A stretch of 64,000 nt of DNA from Clostridium sp. CAG:417 (GTDB taxonomy: Bacteria; Bacillota_I; Bacilli_A; RF39; UBA660). The notes under the pieces are model-generated. The model did not search any database. It worked only from the letters and a program-made list of their open reading frames with translations, and was not told where the DNA came from. Location: contig FR890374.1 of assembly GCA_000432835.1 (NCBI GenBank), forward strand, positions 25,485-89,484, written 5' to 3'. Made by a program: the position numbers and the translations under genes. Positions 29,492 through 37,279 of the stretch are shown here, one piece after another (the stretch's first letter is position 1; the number at the start of each line of letters is the position of its first letter).

Positions 29492-30480
29492 CATTTAAAT
29501 ATGATAAAGTCTATCTTAATGAAACTTATACTGTTGTAGGTCCATATGAAGATAAAGGACCACTTGGAAAATATTTTGACAATAGTTATGAAGATTTATA
29601 TTGTGAAGCTGATTCTTGGGAAAAGGCAGAAACTAAGTTATTAGAAGAAAGTATGAAAAAAGCACTTAGAAAAAATAAATTAACAAAAGAAAATATTGAT
29701 TTAGTTATTTCTGGTGATTTATTGAATCAGGTAACTTCTTCTTGTTATGCGGCAAGTAAAATAAATAAGCCATTTTTAGGAATTTATAGTGCATGTGCTT
29801 CAAATGTAGAAGGACTTATTATTGGATCAAATTTTATTAACAGTGGAATTATTAATAATTGTTTATGTGGTACTAGTTCACATAATATGTCTAGTGAAAA
29901 ACAATTTAGAAATCCTACCGAATATGGTGCACCTAAACCTGAAACTGCTACCTTTACAGCAACAGGTGGAGCGAGTGCTGTGATTTCTAATAAAAAAAGT
30001 AATATTAAAATAGAGAGTGCTACTATCGGGAGAATTGTAGATTATAATCAAAAGGATGCTTTAAATATGGGTGCAGTGATGGCTTGTGCAGCTGCAGATA
30101 CATTAAAAAGACATTTAGATGATTTAAATCGTAAAGAAGATTACTATGATTTAATTTTAACTGGTGATTTAGGTCTTTATGGTAGAGAAATATTGAAAGA
30201 GTTTATGATGAAAGAACATAAAATTAATATAAGTTGTAACTATAATGATTGTGGTGTAATGCTTTATGATTTGGAAGAACAAAAAGAAGTCTTGGCCGGA
30301 GGTAGTGGTCCTGTATGTAGTGCATTGGTATTATATGGTTTTATTTTAAATGAAATGAAGAAAAAGAATATTAAAAAAGTTTTATTAATTGCTACTGGGG
30401 CATTATTTAGTCCAACTATGCTTTATCAAAAAGAAAATATTTTAAGTATTGCTCATGCAATTAGTTTGGAGGCTATATAA
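29488..30480 (+). CDS. spoVAD: Stage V sporulation protein AD (thiolase-like fold)
   Basis: 330 aa, KASIII/thiolase-like (GIYSACASNVEGL, GGSGPVCSAL), overlapping start codon. Confidence 0.8.
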   Translation: MTFKYDKVYLNETYTVVGPYEDKGPLGKYFDNSYEDLYCEADSWEKAETKLLEESMKKALRKNKLTKENIDLVISGDLLNQVTSSCYAASKINKPFLGIYSACASNVEGLIIGSNFINSGIINNCLCGTSSHNMSSEKQFRNPTEYGAPKPETATFTATGGASAVISNKKSNIKIESATIGRIVDYNQKDALNMGAVMACAAADTLKRHLDDLNRKEDYYDLILTGDLGLYGREILKEFMMKEHKINISCNYNDCGVMLYDLEEQKEVLAGGSGPVCSALVLYGFILNEMKKKNIKKVLLIATGALFSPTMLYQKENILSIAHAISLEAI

Positions 30481-30833
30481 TGGAAAAAATACTTTTATCA
30501 TTCTTATTTTGTGGAGCAATTTGTTTAATAGCGCAAATAATTTTAGATAATACAAAACTTACTCCTGGACATATAACAAGTATATTTGTTGTACTTGGAG
30601 CCTTACTTGATACATTTAATATTTATGATATTATTGTAGAAAAAGTAGGTGGTGGTGCGATGGTACCAATTACTAGTTTCGGTCATCAACTAATTCATGG
30701 TGGACTTCATCAGGCCGAGGGTGCTGGAGTATTTGGTTTAGTAATGGGAATGTTTGACTTAACGGCTTCTGGAATAAGTGCAGCTATCATATTTTCATTT
30801 TTCCTTACTTTAATATTTAAACCTAGAAATTAA
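30480..30833 (+). CDS. spoVAEb: Stage V sporulation protein AE (SpoVAEb)
   Basis: 117-aa membrane protein, SpoVAC paralog, start overlaps the spoVAD stop. Confidence 0.75.
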   Translation: MEKILLSFLFCGAICLIAQIILDNTKLTPGHITSIFVVLGALLDTFNIYDIIVEKVGGGAMVPITSFGHQLIHGGLHQAEGAGVFGLVMGMFDLTASGISAAIIFSFFLTLIFKPRN

Positions 30834-30862
30834 AAAAACTAAGAAAATTCTTAGCTTTGTTT
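30832..30862. terminator. Bidirectional Rho-independent terminator between the spoVA operon and the convergent RNHCP gene
   Basis: A-run, then stem CTAAGA-AAAT-TCTTAG, then CTTTGTTTGG. Confidence 0.5.
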
Positions 30863-31162
30863 GGATATTTCTATTATCATATCCATGTTATCATCTTTGG
30901 CCATAATATTTTTATGATGTTCGTGACATTTTAAACACTCGTATATTATCTTATATGTATCTTTAAATTTTTCAATGCCAACGGGTTTTAATAATCCTTG
31001 GCATTTATTTTGTCTATCACCCGGATTAATATCTATGTGAATAGAGTATAGACAATAAGGACAATGATCTCTTGCTGTATAATTTAGAGGTAGGACTTTT
31101 TTTCCACAATTTTGACATATAAATTCTTCATCACGCATCACAAATTTTTTCATTAAAATCAC
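30851..31162 (-). CDS. RNHCP-domain zinc-ribbon protein
   Basis: Two CxxC pairs (CQNCGKK, CPYC, CLKC) and the RDHCP motif characteristic of the RNHCP family. Confidence 0.6.
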   Translation of the reverse strand: MILMKKFVMRDEEFICQNCGKKVLPLNYTARDHCPYCLYSIHIDINPGDRQNKCQGLLKPVGIEKFKDTYKIIYECLKCHEHHKNIMAKDDNMDMIIEISKQS

Positions 31163-31216
31163 CTAGAATCATTATAACATATATGGTATAATAACAATAT
31201 AGTTAGGGTTGATTTT

Positions 31217-31939
31217 ATGAATTTAGATTTTACATTAGGAGATTTTAGTGGTCCACTTGATTTGTTACTTCATTTGATAAAAGAAAATAAGATGGATATT
31301 TTAAATATTGAAATAGAAAAAATTACAGATCAGTATATGGATTATCTTAATAAAATGGAAAGTATGAATTTAGAGGTAACTAGTAATTACCTTGTTCTTG
31401 CGTCTGAACTTTTATATATAAAGTCTAAAATGCTTTTACCAAGTGTCAAGGAAGAAGAAGAGAGCGAAGAAGTTGATCCTAGAGAAGAATTAGTTAATAG
31501 ACTTTTGGAATATCAAACTTATAAAGAAATTACTAAAACACTTAAAGAAAAAGAGGAGTTACGAAAAGAGATATATACTAAAGCTCCAGAGGATATTAGA
31601 GAATATATTAGTAATGAAGTTAATATAGTTCAGGAAATGAGTGTTGATTCATTGGTTGATACTTTCAAAAAATTTTTGGAAAGACAAAAAGAGAATAGAC
31701 CAATTCATACACAAGTAACAGAAAAAGAAGTTACGGTTGCTGAAAGGCGAAAAAAAATTAAAGATATAATTATGAGAAGAAAAAAGGTATCTTTTTTTGA
31801 ACTCTTTGAGGATTATAGTAGAGAATATGTAGTAGCAACTTTTTTAGCTATCTTAGAAATGGCTAAAGCAGGAGAGTTGTTTATCAATCAAAATAATAAT
31901 TTTGATGAGATAATATGTGAGGTAGGAAATGGAGAATAG
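31217..31939 (+). CDS. scpA: Segregation and condensation protein A
   Basis: N-terminal FSGPLDLLLHLIKENKMDI kleisin motif. Confidence 0.85.
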   Translation: MNLDFTLGDFSGPLDLLLHLIKENKMDILNIEIEKITDQYMDYLNKMESMNLEVTSNYLVLASELLYIKSKMLLPSVKEEEESEEVDPREELVNRLLEYQTYKEITKTLKEKEELRKEIYTKAPEDIREYISNEVNIVQEMSVDSLVDTFKKFLERQKENRPIHTQVTEKEVTVAERRKKIKDIIMRRKKVSFFELFEDYSREYVVATFLAILEMAKAGELFINQNNNFDEIICEVGNGE

Positions 31940-32498
31940 AGCAATATTAGAAGGTTTACTTTTTGTAGTAGGTGAAGATGGATTAAATATTGAACAGATA
32001 AAAGATGTTTTTCAAATTGATGAAGAAGAGGCAAAAAATTTAATTTTTGATCTTAAAAATAGTTATAATAATCCTGATAGGGGATTAAGGATAGACTTTT
32101 TGGGTAACAAAATTAAATTAACTACTAAACCTGAGCACAAGGCTTATTATCAAAAGTTAATTCTTAATCCTGAAACTAATGTATTAAGTCAGGCTGCTTT
32201 GGAAACTTTAGCCATAATTGCGTATAATGAACCTGTAACTAGAATGCAAATAGATGAATTAAGGGGTGTTTCAACTGTACAAATTATAAGAAAGCTTGTT
32301 GCTAAAGGATTTATTAAGGAGTCTGGTAGAAGTAATCTTCCTGGAAGGCCTATATTATATGAGACCACGAGTGAATTTCTGGATTATTTTGGACTTAATT
32401 CTATAGATGATTTGCCAGATATGAGAGACTTCATAACACAGGATGAAAATGAAGATGAAGTTGATTTATATCATTCTAAATATAAAGAACAAAATTAA
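31929..32498 (+). CDS. scpB: Segregation and condensation protein B
   Basis: Winged-helix repeats (ILEGLLFVVGEDGLNIEQI, QAALETLAIIAYNEPVTRMQIDELRGV), coupled to scpA. Confidence 0.85.
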   Translation: MENRAILEGLLFVVGEDGLNIEQIKDVFQIDEEEAKNLIFDLKNSYNNPDRGLRIDFLGNKIKLTTKPEHKAYYQKLILNPETNVLSQAALETLAIIAYNEPVTRMQIDELRGVSTVQIIRKLVAKGFIKESGRSNLPGRPILYETTSEFLDYFGLNSIDDLPDMRDFITQDENEDEVDLYHSKYKEQN

Positions 32499-32549
32499 TT
32501 TAATCTCTTGTTAAAAATATATTAATTATGATATAATTATTTTGTTCTT

Positions 32550-32636
32550 GCCTGTGTGGTGGAATTGGTAGACGCGTTGGACTCAAAATCCAATGGTAGC
32601 AATACCGTGTCGGTTCAAGTCCGACCACAGGCACCA
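32550..32636 (+). tRNA. tRNA-Leu (anticodon CAA), type II with long variable arm, CCA encoded
   Basis: Acceptor stem GCCTGTG/CACAGGC, D-arm, anticodon loop CTCAAAA giving anticodon CAA, long variable arm, T-arm GGTTCAAGTCCGACC, 3' ACCA. Confidence 0.85.
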
Positions 32637-32827
32637 GATTGATAGGAAACTCGAACTTTTTCGAGATAATATAAAAACTACTCTCAAATTAAATTGAAAG
32701 TAGTTTTATTTTTTTATTTAGAAGCAAACTTGCAAATTGATATATCAATTTTTCGTGTGTAAAAGGAAATACTCTATATAATTATTATAATTCTTTAAAA
32801 ATTATGATTTATTAGTAATCATTTCAA
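32633..32827 (+). repeat. Direct repeat copy 1 (tRNA-Leu 3' end plus downstream terminator region)
   Basis: ACCAGATTGATAGGAAACTCGAACTTTTTC is identical over 30 nt to 35084-35113. Homology continues through a terminator hairpin (AAACTACTctcaaattaaattgaaAGTAGTTT plus a T-run) and a second block, ATTTATTAGTAATCATTTCAAT, at 32806-32827. Confidence 0.8.
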
Positions 32828-33084
32828 TAAGCTTTTTAGAACTATAATTTGGTTTCCTTTATCAATTGTTGCGATTACAATAGTTCTTTTTGAAATATTA
32901 TTGTCAATTTTTATTTCATATAAGAATTTATTATTTAATTCATCTGATATGAATTCTTTAGTAGCATATTCAATCCCAAAACCGGCTTTAATTATAACTA
33001 ACGACTTCTAGTTTTGAATTTATTACATTATTATTTTTATAGAATATATGATATAATATCGGTGAGTTAAAAAAGGAGACGATA

Positions 33085-33918
33085 ATGAAAAATATAATAT
33101 TAGACACAGATTTATATAATGAAATAGATGACCAAATTGCTTTAGCATATGTATTAAAATCAAAAGATGAATTAAATTTAAAAGCAGTTACAATTGCGCC
33201 ATTTACCAAAGGTGAATATAATACAAAAACGTCAATTGATAAAAGTTATGAAGTAGCTAAGAAAATATTTAAAATGTGCAATGAACAAAATGATAAGATA
33301 ATATTTAAAGGGGCTACAGAATATTTTACAAACGATTCAACTCAAACCAATGCAGCAGTTAATGAGATAATACAAATAGCTAAAAAAAATGATAAAACAT
33401 ATATTTTAAGTATAGGATGTATAACTAATATTGCATTAGCAATAAAAAAGGACTCATCAATAATAAACAAAATAGAAGTAATTTGGTTAGGTACTAACTT
33501 TTTATTTATGAAAAATGATGATTTTAATTTTAGACAAGACGTTGAAGCTGTTAGATATGTATTGGATAGTAAAGTAAAAATAACTATAATTCCTGTTTAT
33601 CCGGTAAGCTATGGACTAATGATTTCAAAATATGAATTAGAAAGTAGAATAAGAAATTCTAACAAATTGTGTAATTATTTTTGTGATATATTTACAGATG
33701 ATTACGGTACTGAAAAAATAAGAAGAGTTATATGGGATATTAGCGCTATAGCATATATGATTAATAAAGAATGGTTTGAAACAATGGAAATAAGTTGTCC
33801 TAGAATAAAAGAGGATACATCATTTAAATTAACGAAATTTAGACATAAAATAAAATTTGTCCAAAATCTTGATAGTACTGAAATATATGATGATTTATTT
33901 TCAAAAATTACGAGGTGA
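33085..33918 (+). CDS. Inosine-uridine-preferring nucleoside hydrolase family protein (IUNH)
   Basis: N-terminal ILDTDLYNEIDDQIALAYVL, which is the DxDxxxDD aspartate cluster of nucleoside N-ribohydrolases. Confidence 0.7.
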   Translation: MKNIILDTDLYNEIDDQIALAYVLKSKDELNLKAVTIAPFTKGEYNTKTSIDKSYEVAKKIFKMCNEQNDKIIFKGATEYFTNDSTQTNAAVNEIIQIAKKNDKTYILSIGCITNIALAIKKDSSIINKIEVIWLGTNFLFMKNDDFNFRQDVEAVRYVLDSKVKITIIPVYPVSYGLMISKYELESRIRNSNKLCNYFCDIFTDDYGTEKIRRVIWDISAIAYMINKEWFETMEISCPRIKEDTSFKLTKFRHKIKFVQNLDSTEIYDDLFSKITR

Positions 33919-33924
33919 GGTATA

Positions 33925-34396
33925 TATGAAAATAAAATATTATGGTGATAAAATTGAAAAAAGCACTAGAGCAATATCATTATGTGGACCAACTCCTAGA
34001 AATAATAAAGTAACTAGTTGGAGAAAAGAAGCTTTGAATATATTACAAAATATTAATTATGATGGAATTGTGTATGTTCCGGAGCTAAAAGATGAAACGC
34101 CAGTATTTAAGACAAAGGATGAACAAGTATCTTGGGAGAGAGATTGTTATATGAATTCAAATGTATTATTGTTTTGGGTACCAAGGAAATTTCCATCAAT
34201 GCTAGGCTTAACTACAAATGTAGAATTTGGTTATTGGCTAAAAAGTAAAAAATGCATATATGGTAGACCAGATGGTGCTTATAGAACACACTATTTGGAT
34301 TGGTTATATAATTTAGAATATAATAAAAATCCAATAAATTCATTAGAAGAACTGTTAAAACAAGCAGTAAAAATGAGTAAAGGAGAGCAACTATGA
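33925..34396 (+). CDS. Nucleoside 2-deoxyribosyltransferase-like / dNMP N-glycosidase-fold protein
   Basis: ATG follows GAGGTGAGG. ISLCGPTP matches the YxAGPxF nucleoside-binding motif of the NDT/Rcl fold. TNVEFGYWL places a Glu where the catalytic nucleophile sits. Confidence 0.55.
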
Positions 34397-34962
34397 AAAA
34401 TATAATGATATTTGGGATATGTAGAACCGGGAAGACTACCTTTTCAAAAATGATACAAAAAGAATATAATAACTATCAAATTATAGAAGTTGACACAATC
34501 ATTTCTGCATTACAAAAAACTGTTCCTAATGTTCCAATTGGATTTATTCACGATAATTTAAAAGAAAATAGATTGCCGGAATTTTTAAATTTGTTTATAC
34601 AAAAGAATATTAATAAAAACGGGAAAGAACTAGGTTTTATTATAAATGGGGATTCTATCTTGCCAGAAGATTTATCTAAATATTTTGATTTAAAAGATAT
34701 GATTGTTTATTATTTTGTAACTGAAAAGTTATCTCCTGAACAAATTCTAGAAAATTGTAGGAAGTTTGATTCAAAAGAAGAATGGACTACTAGAAGGTCC
34801 GATGATGAATTATTAAATCATTTTAAATTTTATAAAGATATAGAAAAGAAAATTATAAAAGATTGTAAGATGTATAATATAAAATGCATTGATACATCTG
34901 AAAACAGGCAAATATTATTTAACCAGTTATTGGATGAGGTAAAATGTGAGTTGAATATATAA
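34393..34962 (+). CDS. P-loop NTPase, (deoxy)nucleoside/nucleotide kinase-like
   Basis: Walker A IFGICRTGKTT; about 190 aa, typical of small nucleoside or NMP kinases; coupled to the upstream gene by overlapping stop/start. Confidence 0.55.
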   Translation: MKNIMIFGICRTGKTTFSKMIQKEYNNYQIIEVDTIISALQKTVPNVPIGFIHDNLKENRLPEFLNLFIQKNINKNGKELGFIINGDSILPEDLSKYFDLKDMIVYYFVTEKLSPEQILENCRKFDSKEEWTTRRSDDELLNHFKFYKDIEKKIIKDCKMYNIKCIDTSENRQILFNQLLDEVKCELNI

Positions 34963-35083
34963 ATTTTATGTAATAGTAAAGCTTATTCCAATTTATAAAA
35001 AATATGATATACTTTAGTAAATTGATTGATATTTGTATCAACCTTTATGAGAGCCAAAAGCTGTATATATCTACTTTATTGGT

Positions 35084-35226
35084 ACCAGATTGATAGGAAA
35101 CTCGAACTTTTTCAAGATACTCTCAAATTAAATTGAAAGTAGTTTTATTTTGAAGCTTAATAATATATGAGTAAATTAATATATTGTTAAGTGTGTATAA
35201 AATAATTTATTAGTAATCATTTCAAT
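35084..35226 (+). repeat. Direct repeat copy 2 (degenerate duplicate of the tRNA-Leu 3' flank)
   Basis: Same 30-nt core as copy 1, a truncated hairpin (AAGATACTctcaaattaaattgaaAGTAGTTT) and ATTTATTAGTAATCATTTCAAT at 35205-35226. It lacks the 12-nt block AATATAAAAACT of copy 1. No intact tRNA body precedes it (only GGTACCA). Confidence 0.8.
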
Positions 35227-35268
35227 TTATTTTTAATATTCAAATGATGTTATGATGGAGGTAAGATT

Positions 35269-35925
35269 ATGAATTTAGAAAAAGGAAAAGTTAGTAAAAA
35301 ACAAAAAATAGTTATTTTTGATTTGTTTGGTGTAATTATAGATAGTCATTCTAAAACAAAATATAATGTACATGATGCTAGAAGAGATATAGCAAATGAT
35401 TGTAAATTTGATATAAATATATTTTCAATGTTTTTTAAGGATGCAAAATTTGGTATAACAAATGGAAAAGATTTTGATGATTTAATAAAAGAATATATAA
35501 ATAAATGTAAATCAAATATAGATATTAACAGATTTAAGGAATCATATATAAAATATTATGGAAAAGTTTCTTGTTATGAGAAGGTTATTAAATTTATAGA
35601 AAATTTACAAGATAAAAATTATAAGACAGCAATTTTATCTAAATTGTGTGTTTTGGATAAAATATATTTAGAGAAAAATATAAATCTAAGTAGGTTTGAT
35701 AATTTATTTTTTTCTTGTGATTTAGGAATGGAAAAGCCGGATGTTAAAGTATTTGAATATGTATCTAGGGAAACTGGAATTGAAGGGAAAAATATTTTAT
35801 TTATAGATGATAGTATTAAAAATATAGATGCCGCAAGAGAGCTAGGCTGGAATGTATGCAATGCAACAGGCGATGAATTTGATAAAATAAAAGAAACAGT
35901 GGAAGAATTTTTGATGAAGGATTAA
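35269..35925 (+). CDS. HAD-superfamily hydrolase (phosphatase / nucleotidase-like)
   Basis: Motif I IVIFDLFGVII, with nucleophile Asp in the DxF variant of DxDG; motif IV region FIDDSIKNIDAARELG. Confidence 0.65.
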   Translation: MNLEKGKVSKKQKIVIFDLFGVIIDSHSKTKYNVHDARRDIANDCKFDINIFSMFFKDAKFGITNGKDFDDLIKEYINKCKSNIDINRFKESYIKYYGKVSCYEKVIKFIENLQDKNYKTAILSKLCVLDKIYLEKNINLSRFDNLFFSCDLGMEKPDVKVFEYVSRETGIEGKNILFIDDSIKNIDAARELGWNVCNATGDEFDKIKETVEEFLMKD

Positions 35926-35939
35926 AGGTGTATTTATGC

Positions 35940-36340
35940 GGATTGGAGTAGAGATGGTGTTTTGACAAATGACGATGATTATATTTTAGTAAATATTGTT
36001 ATGAAAATAATCTGAATGGATTTGATAATGCTAATCTGTATGAATATAGAAAACTAAGTTGGAATGAAGATGTAATCAACGATTATAGGAAAAAATATTT
36101 TTTAAATTATGTAAAAAATAAACCTGCACAAAGTTCGCAAGCGATGTTATAAAAAGACTAAGACTTGGTGGACATGAAATATATATTATATCTGCACGAT
36201 ATAAAACATCTGAAAATAAATGGTCATAGTGTAAGAAAATGTACGCTAGAGGGGTTAAGAAAAAACAATATAGAGGTAAAATGTAAATTAGCTGGAAAAC
36301 ATAAAATGAGGATGAAACATTAATTATAATGTGGTTTATC
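35940..36340 (+). pseudogene. Decayed HAD-like nucleotidase/phosphatase gene (multiple frameshifts and stops)
   Basis: Homologous pieces sit in three frames: DWSRDGVLTNDDDYILVNIV; YENNLNGFDNANLYEYRKLSWNEDVINDYRKKYFLNYVKNKPAQS; ASDVIKRLRLGGHEIYIISARYKTSENKWS; TLEGLRKNNIEVKCKLAGKHK. Each is cut by stops. It looks like a single ancestral ORF of about 130 aa. Confidence 0.55.
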
Positions 36341-36406
36341 TAGTTTAATAATTAATTTACTTATTAGTGTTATGTGTGTATAATTGTTACAGAAAGAAGT
36401 GATAGG

Positions 36407-37279
36407 ATGGAATTTACTAAGGACTGGCAAGATTATGAGATAATAGATGCTTCAAGAGGAGAAAAATTGGAACGCTGGGGAAATATTTATTTACTTAGAC
36501 CAGATCCACAAATTATTTGGGACAATGGGGATTTATCTCAAAAATATAAAGGTAAGATTGATGCGATATATCATCGCAGTAATAAAGGTGGGGGACAATG
36601 GGAAAATTTAAAAAAATTTAATCCAGTTTGGCAAGTTAAGTATAAAAATTTAACGTTTAATATAAAACAAATGGGCTTTAAACATACAGGATTATTTCCT
36701 GAACAGGCTTATAATTGGGATATGATGATTAAAAAGATAAAAAACAGTAAAAAACCAGTTAAAGTATTAAACTTATTTGCCTATACTGGTGGAGCTAGTT
36801 GTGCTTGTCTAAGTGCTGGGGCATCAGTTGTTCATGTTGATTCCTCTAAGGGAATGGTTGATTGGTGTAAAGAAAATGTCAACTCTTGTAAATTAGGTGA
36901 TAAACCAATTCGATTTTTGATAGATGATGTTGTCAAATTTGTAAAAAGAGAAATAAGAAGAGGCAATAAGTATGACGCTATTATAATGGATCCTCCAAGT
37001 TACGGTAGAGGAAGTAATGGTGAAGTTTGGGATATTGAAAAAGATTTAGCAGAATTAGTTTCATTATGTTGTGATATTTTAGTAGATAATCCATTGTTTT
37101 TCCTTATAAATTCATATACTACGGGATTGTCATCTACAGTTCTTGCAAATTTATTAACATTGACTGTGGATAAACATAAAAAGGGGAAGATCACTTGTGG
37201 AGAAATAGGATTACCTATAAAAAATTCAAATTTAATTTTGCCTTGTGGTATTTATGGAAGATGGGAAAGCTGTGAATAA
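36407..37279 (+). CDS. Class I SAM-dependent rRNA methyltransferase (RlmI/RlmK/YwbD-like)
   Basis: N-terminal PUA-like region, SAM fold (LNLFAYTGGASCA, IIMDPPSYG with the DPPxY catalytic motif). Confidence 0.75.
   Translation: MEFTKDWQDYEIIDASRGEKLERWGNIYLLRPDPQIIWDNGDLSQKYKGKIDAIYHRSNKGGGQWENLKKFNPVWQVKYKNLTFNIKQMGFKHTGLFPEQAYNWDMMIKKIKNSKKPVKVLNLFAYTGGASCACLSAGASVVHVDSSKGMVDWCKENVNSCKLGDKPIRFLIDDVVKFVKREIRRGNKYDAIIMDPPSYGRGSNGEVWDIEKDLAELVSLCCDILVDNPLFFLINSYTTGLSSTVLANLLTLTVDKHKKGKITCGEIGLPIKNSNLILPCGIYGRWESCE

Noticed and set aside
32988-33209. 73-aa minus-strand ORF overlapping the start of the nucleoside hydrolase gene
   Set aside because: It overlaps the IUNH start and RBS, and its product is Phe/Asn/Ile-rich. 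The minus-strand frame at 32830-33000 does give a readable peptide (…IKAGFGIEYATKEFISDELNNKFLYEIKIDNNISKRTIVIATIDKGNQIIVLKSLLK), possibly a gene remnant, but I do not recognise a family, so it is not called.
35619-35861. 80-aa antisense ORF inside the HAD hydrolase gene
   Set aside because: Antisense to a gene with clear HAD motifs.
36374-36406. Longer N-terminus for the rRNA methyltransferase (track ORF from 36374: MCIIVTERSDRMEF...)
   Set aside because: The homologous N-terminus starts at MEFTKDWQDYEIID (ATG 36407). The upstream residues are an in-frame read-through of the intergenic region.
37000-37194. 64-aa antisense ORF inside the rRNA methyltransferase gene
   Set aside because: Antisense to a motif-supported gene.
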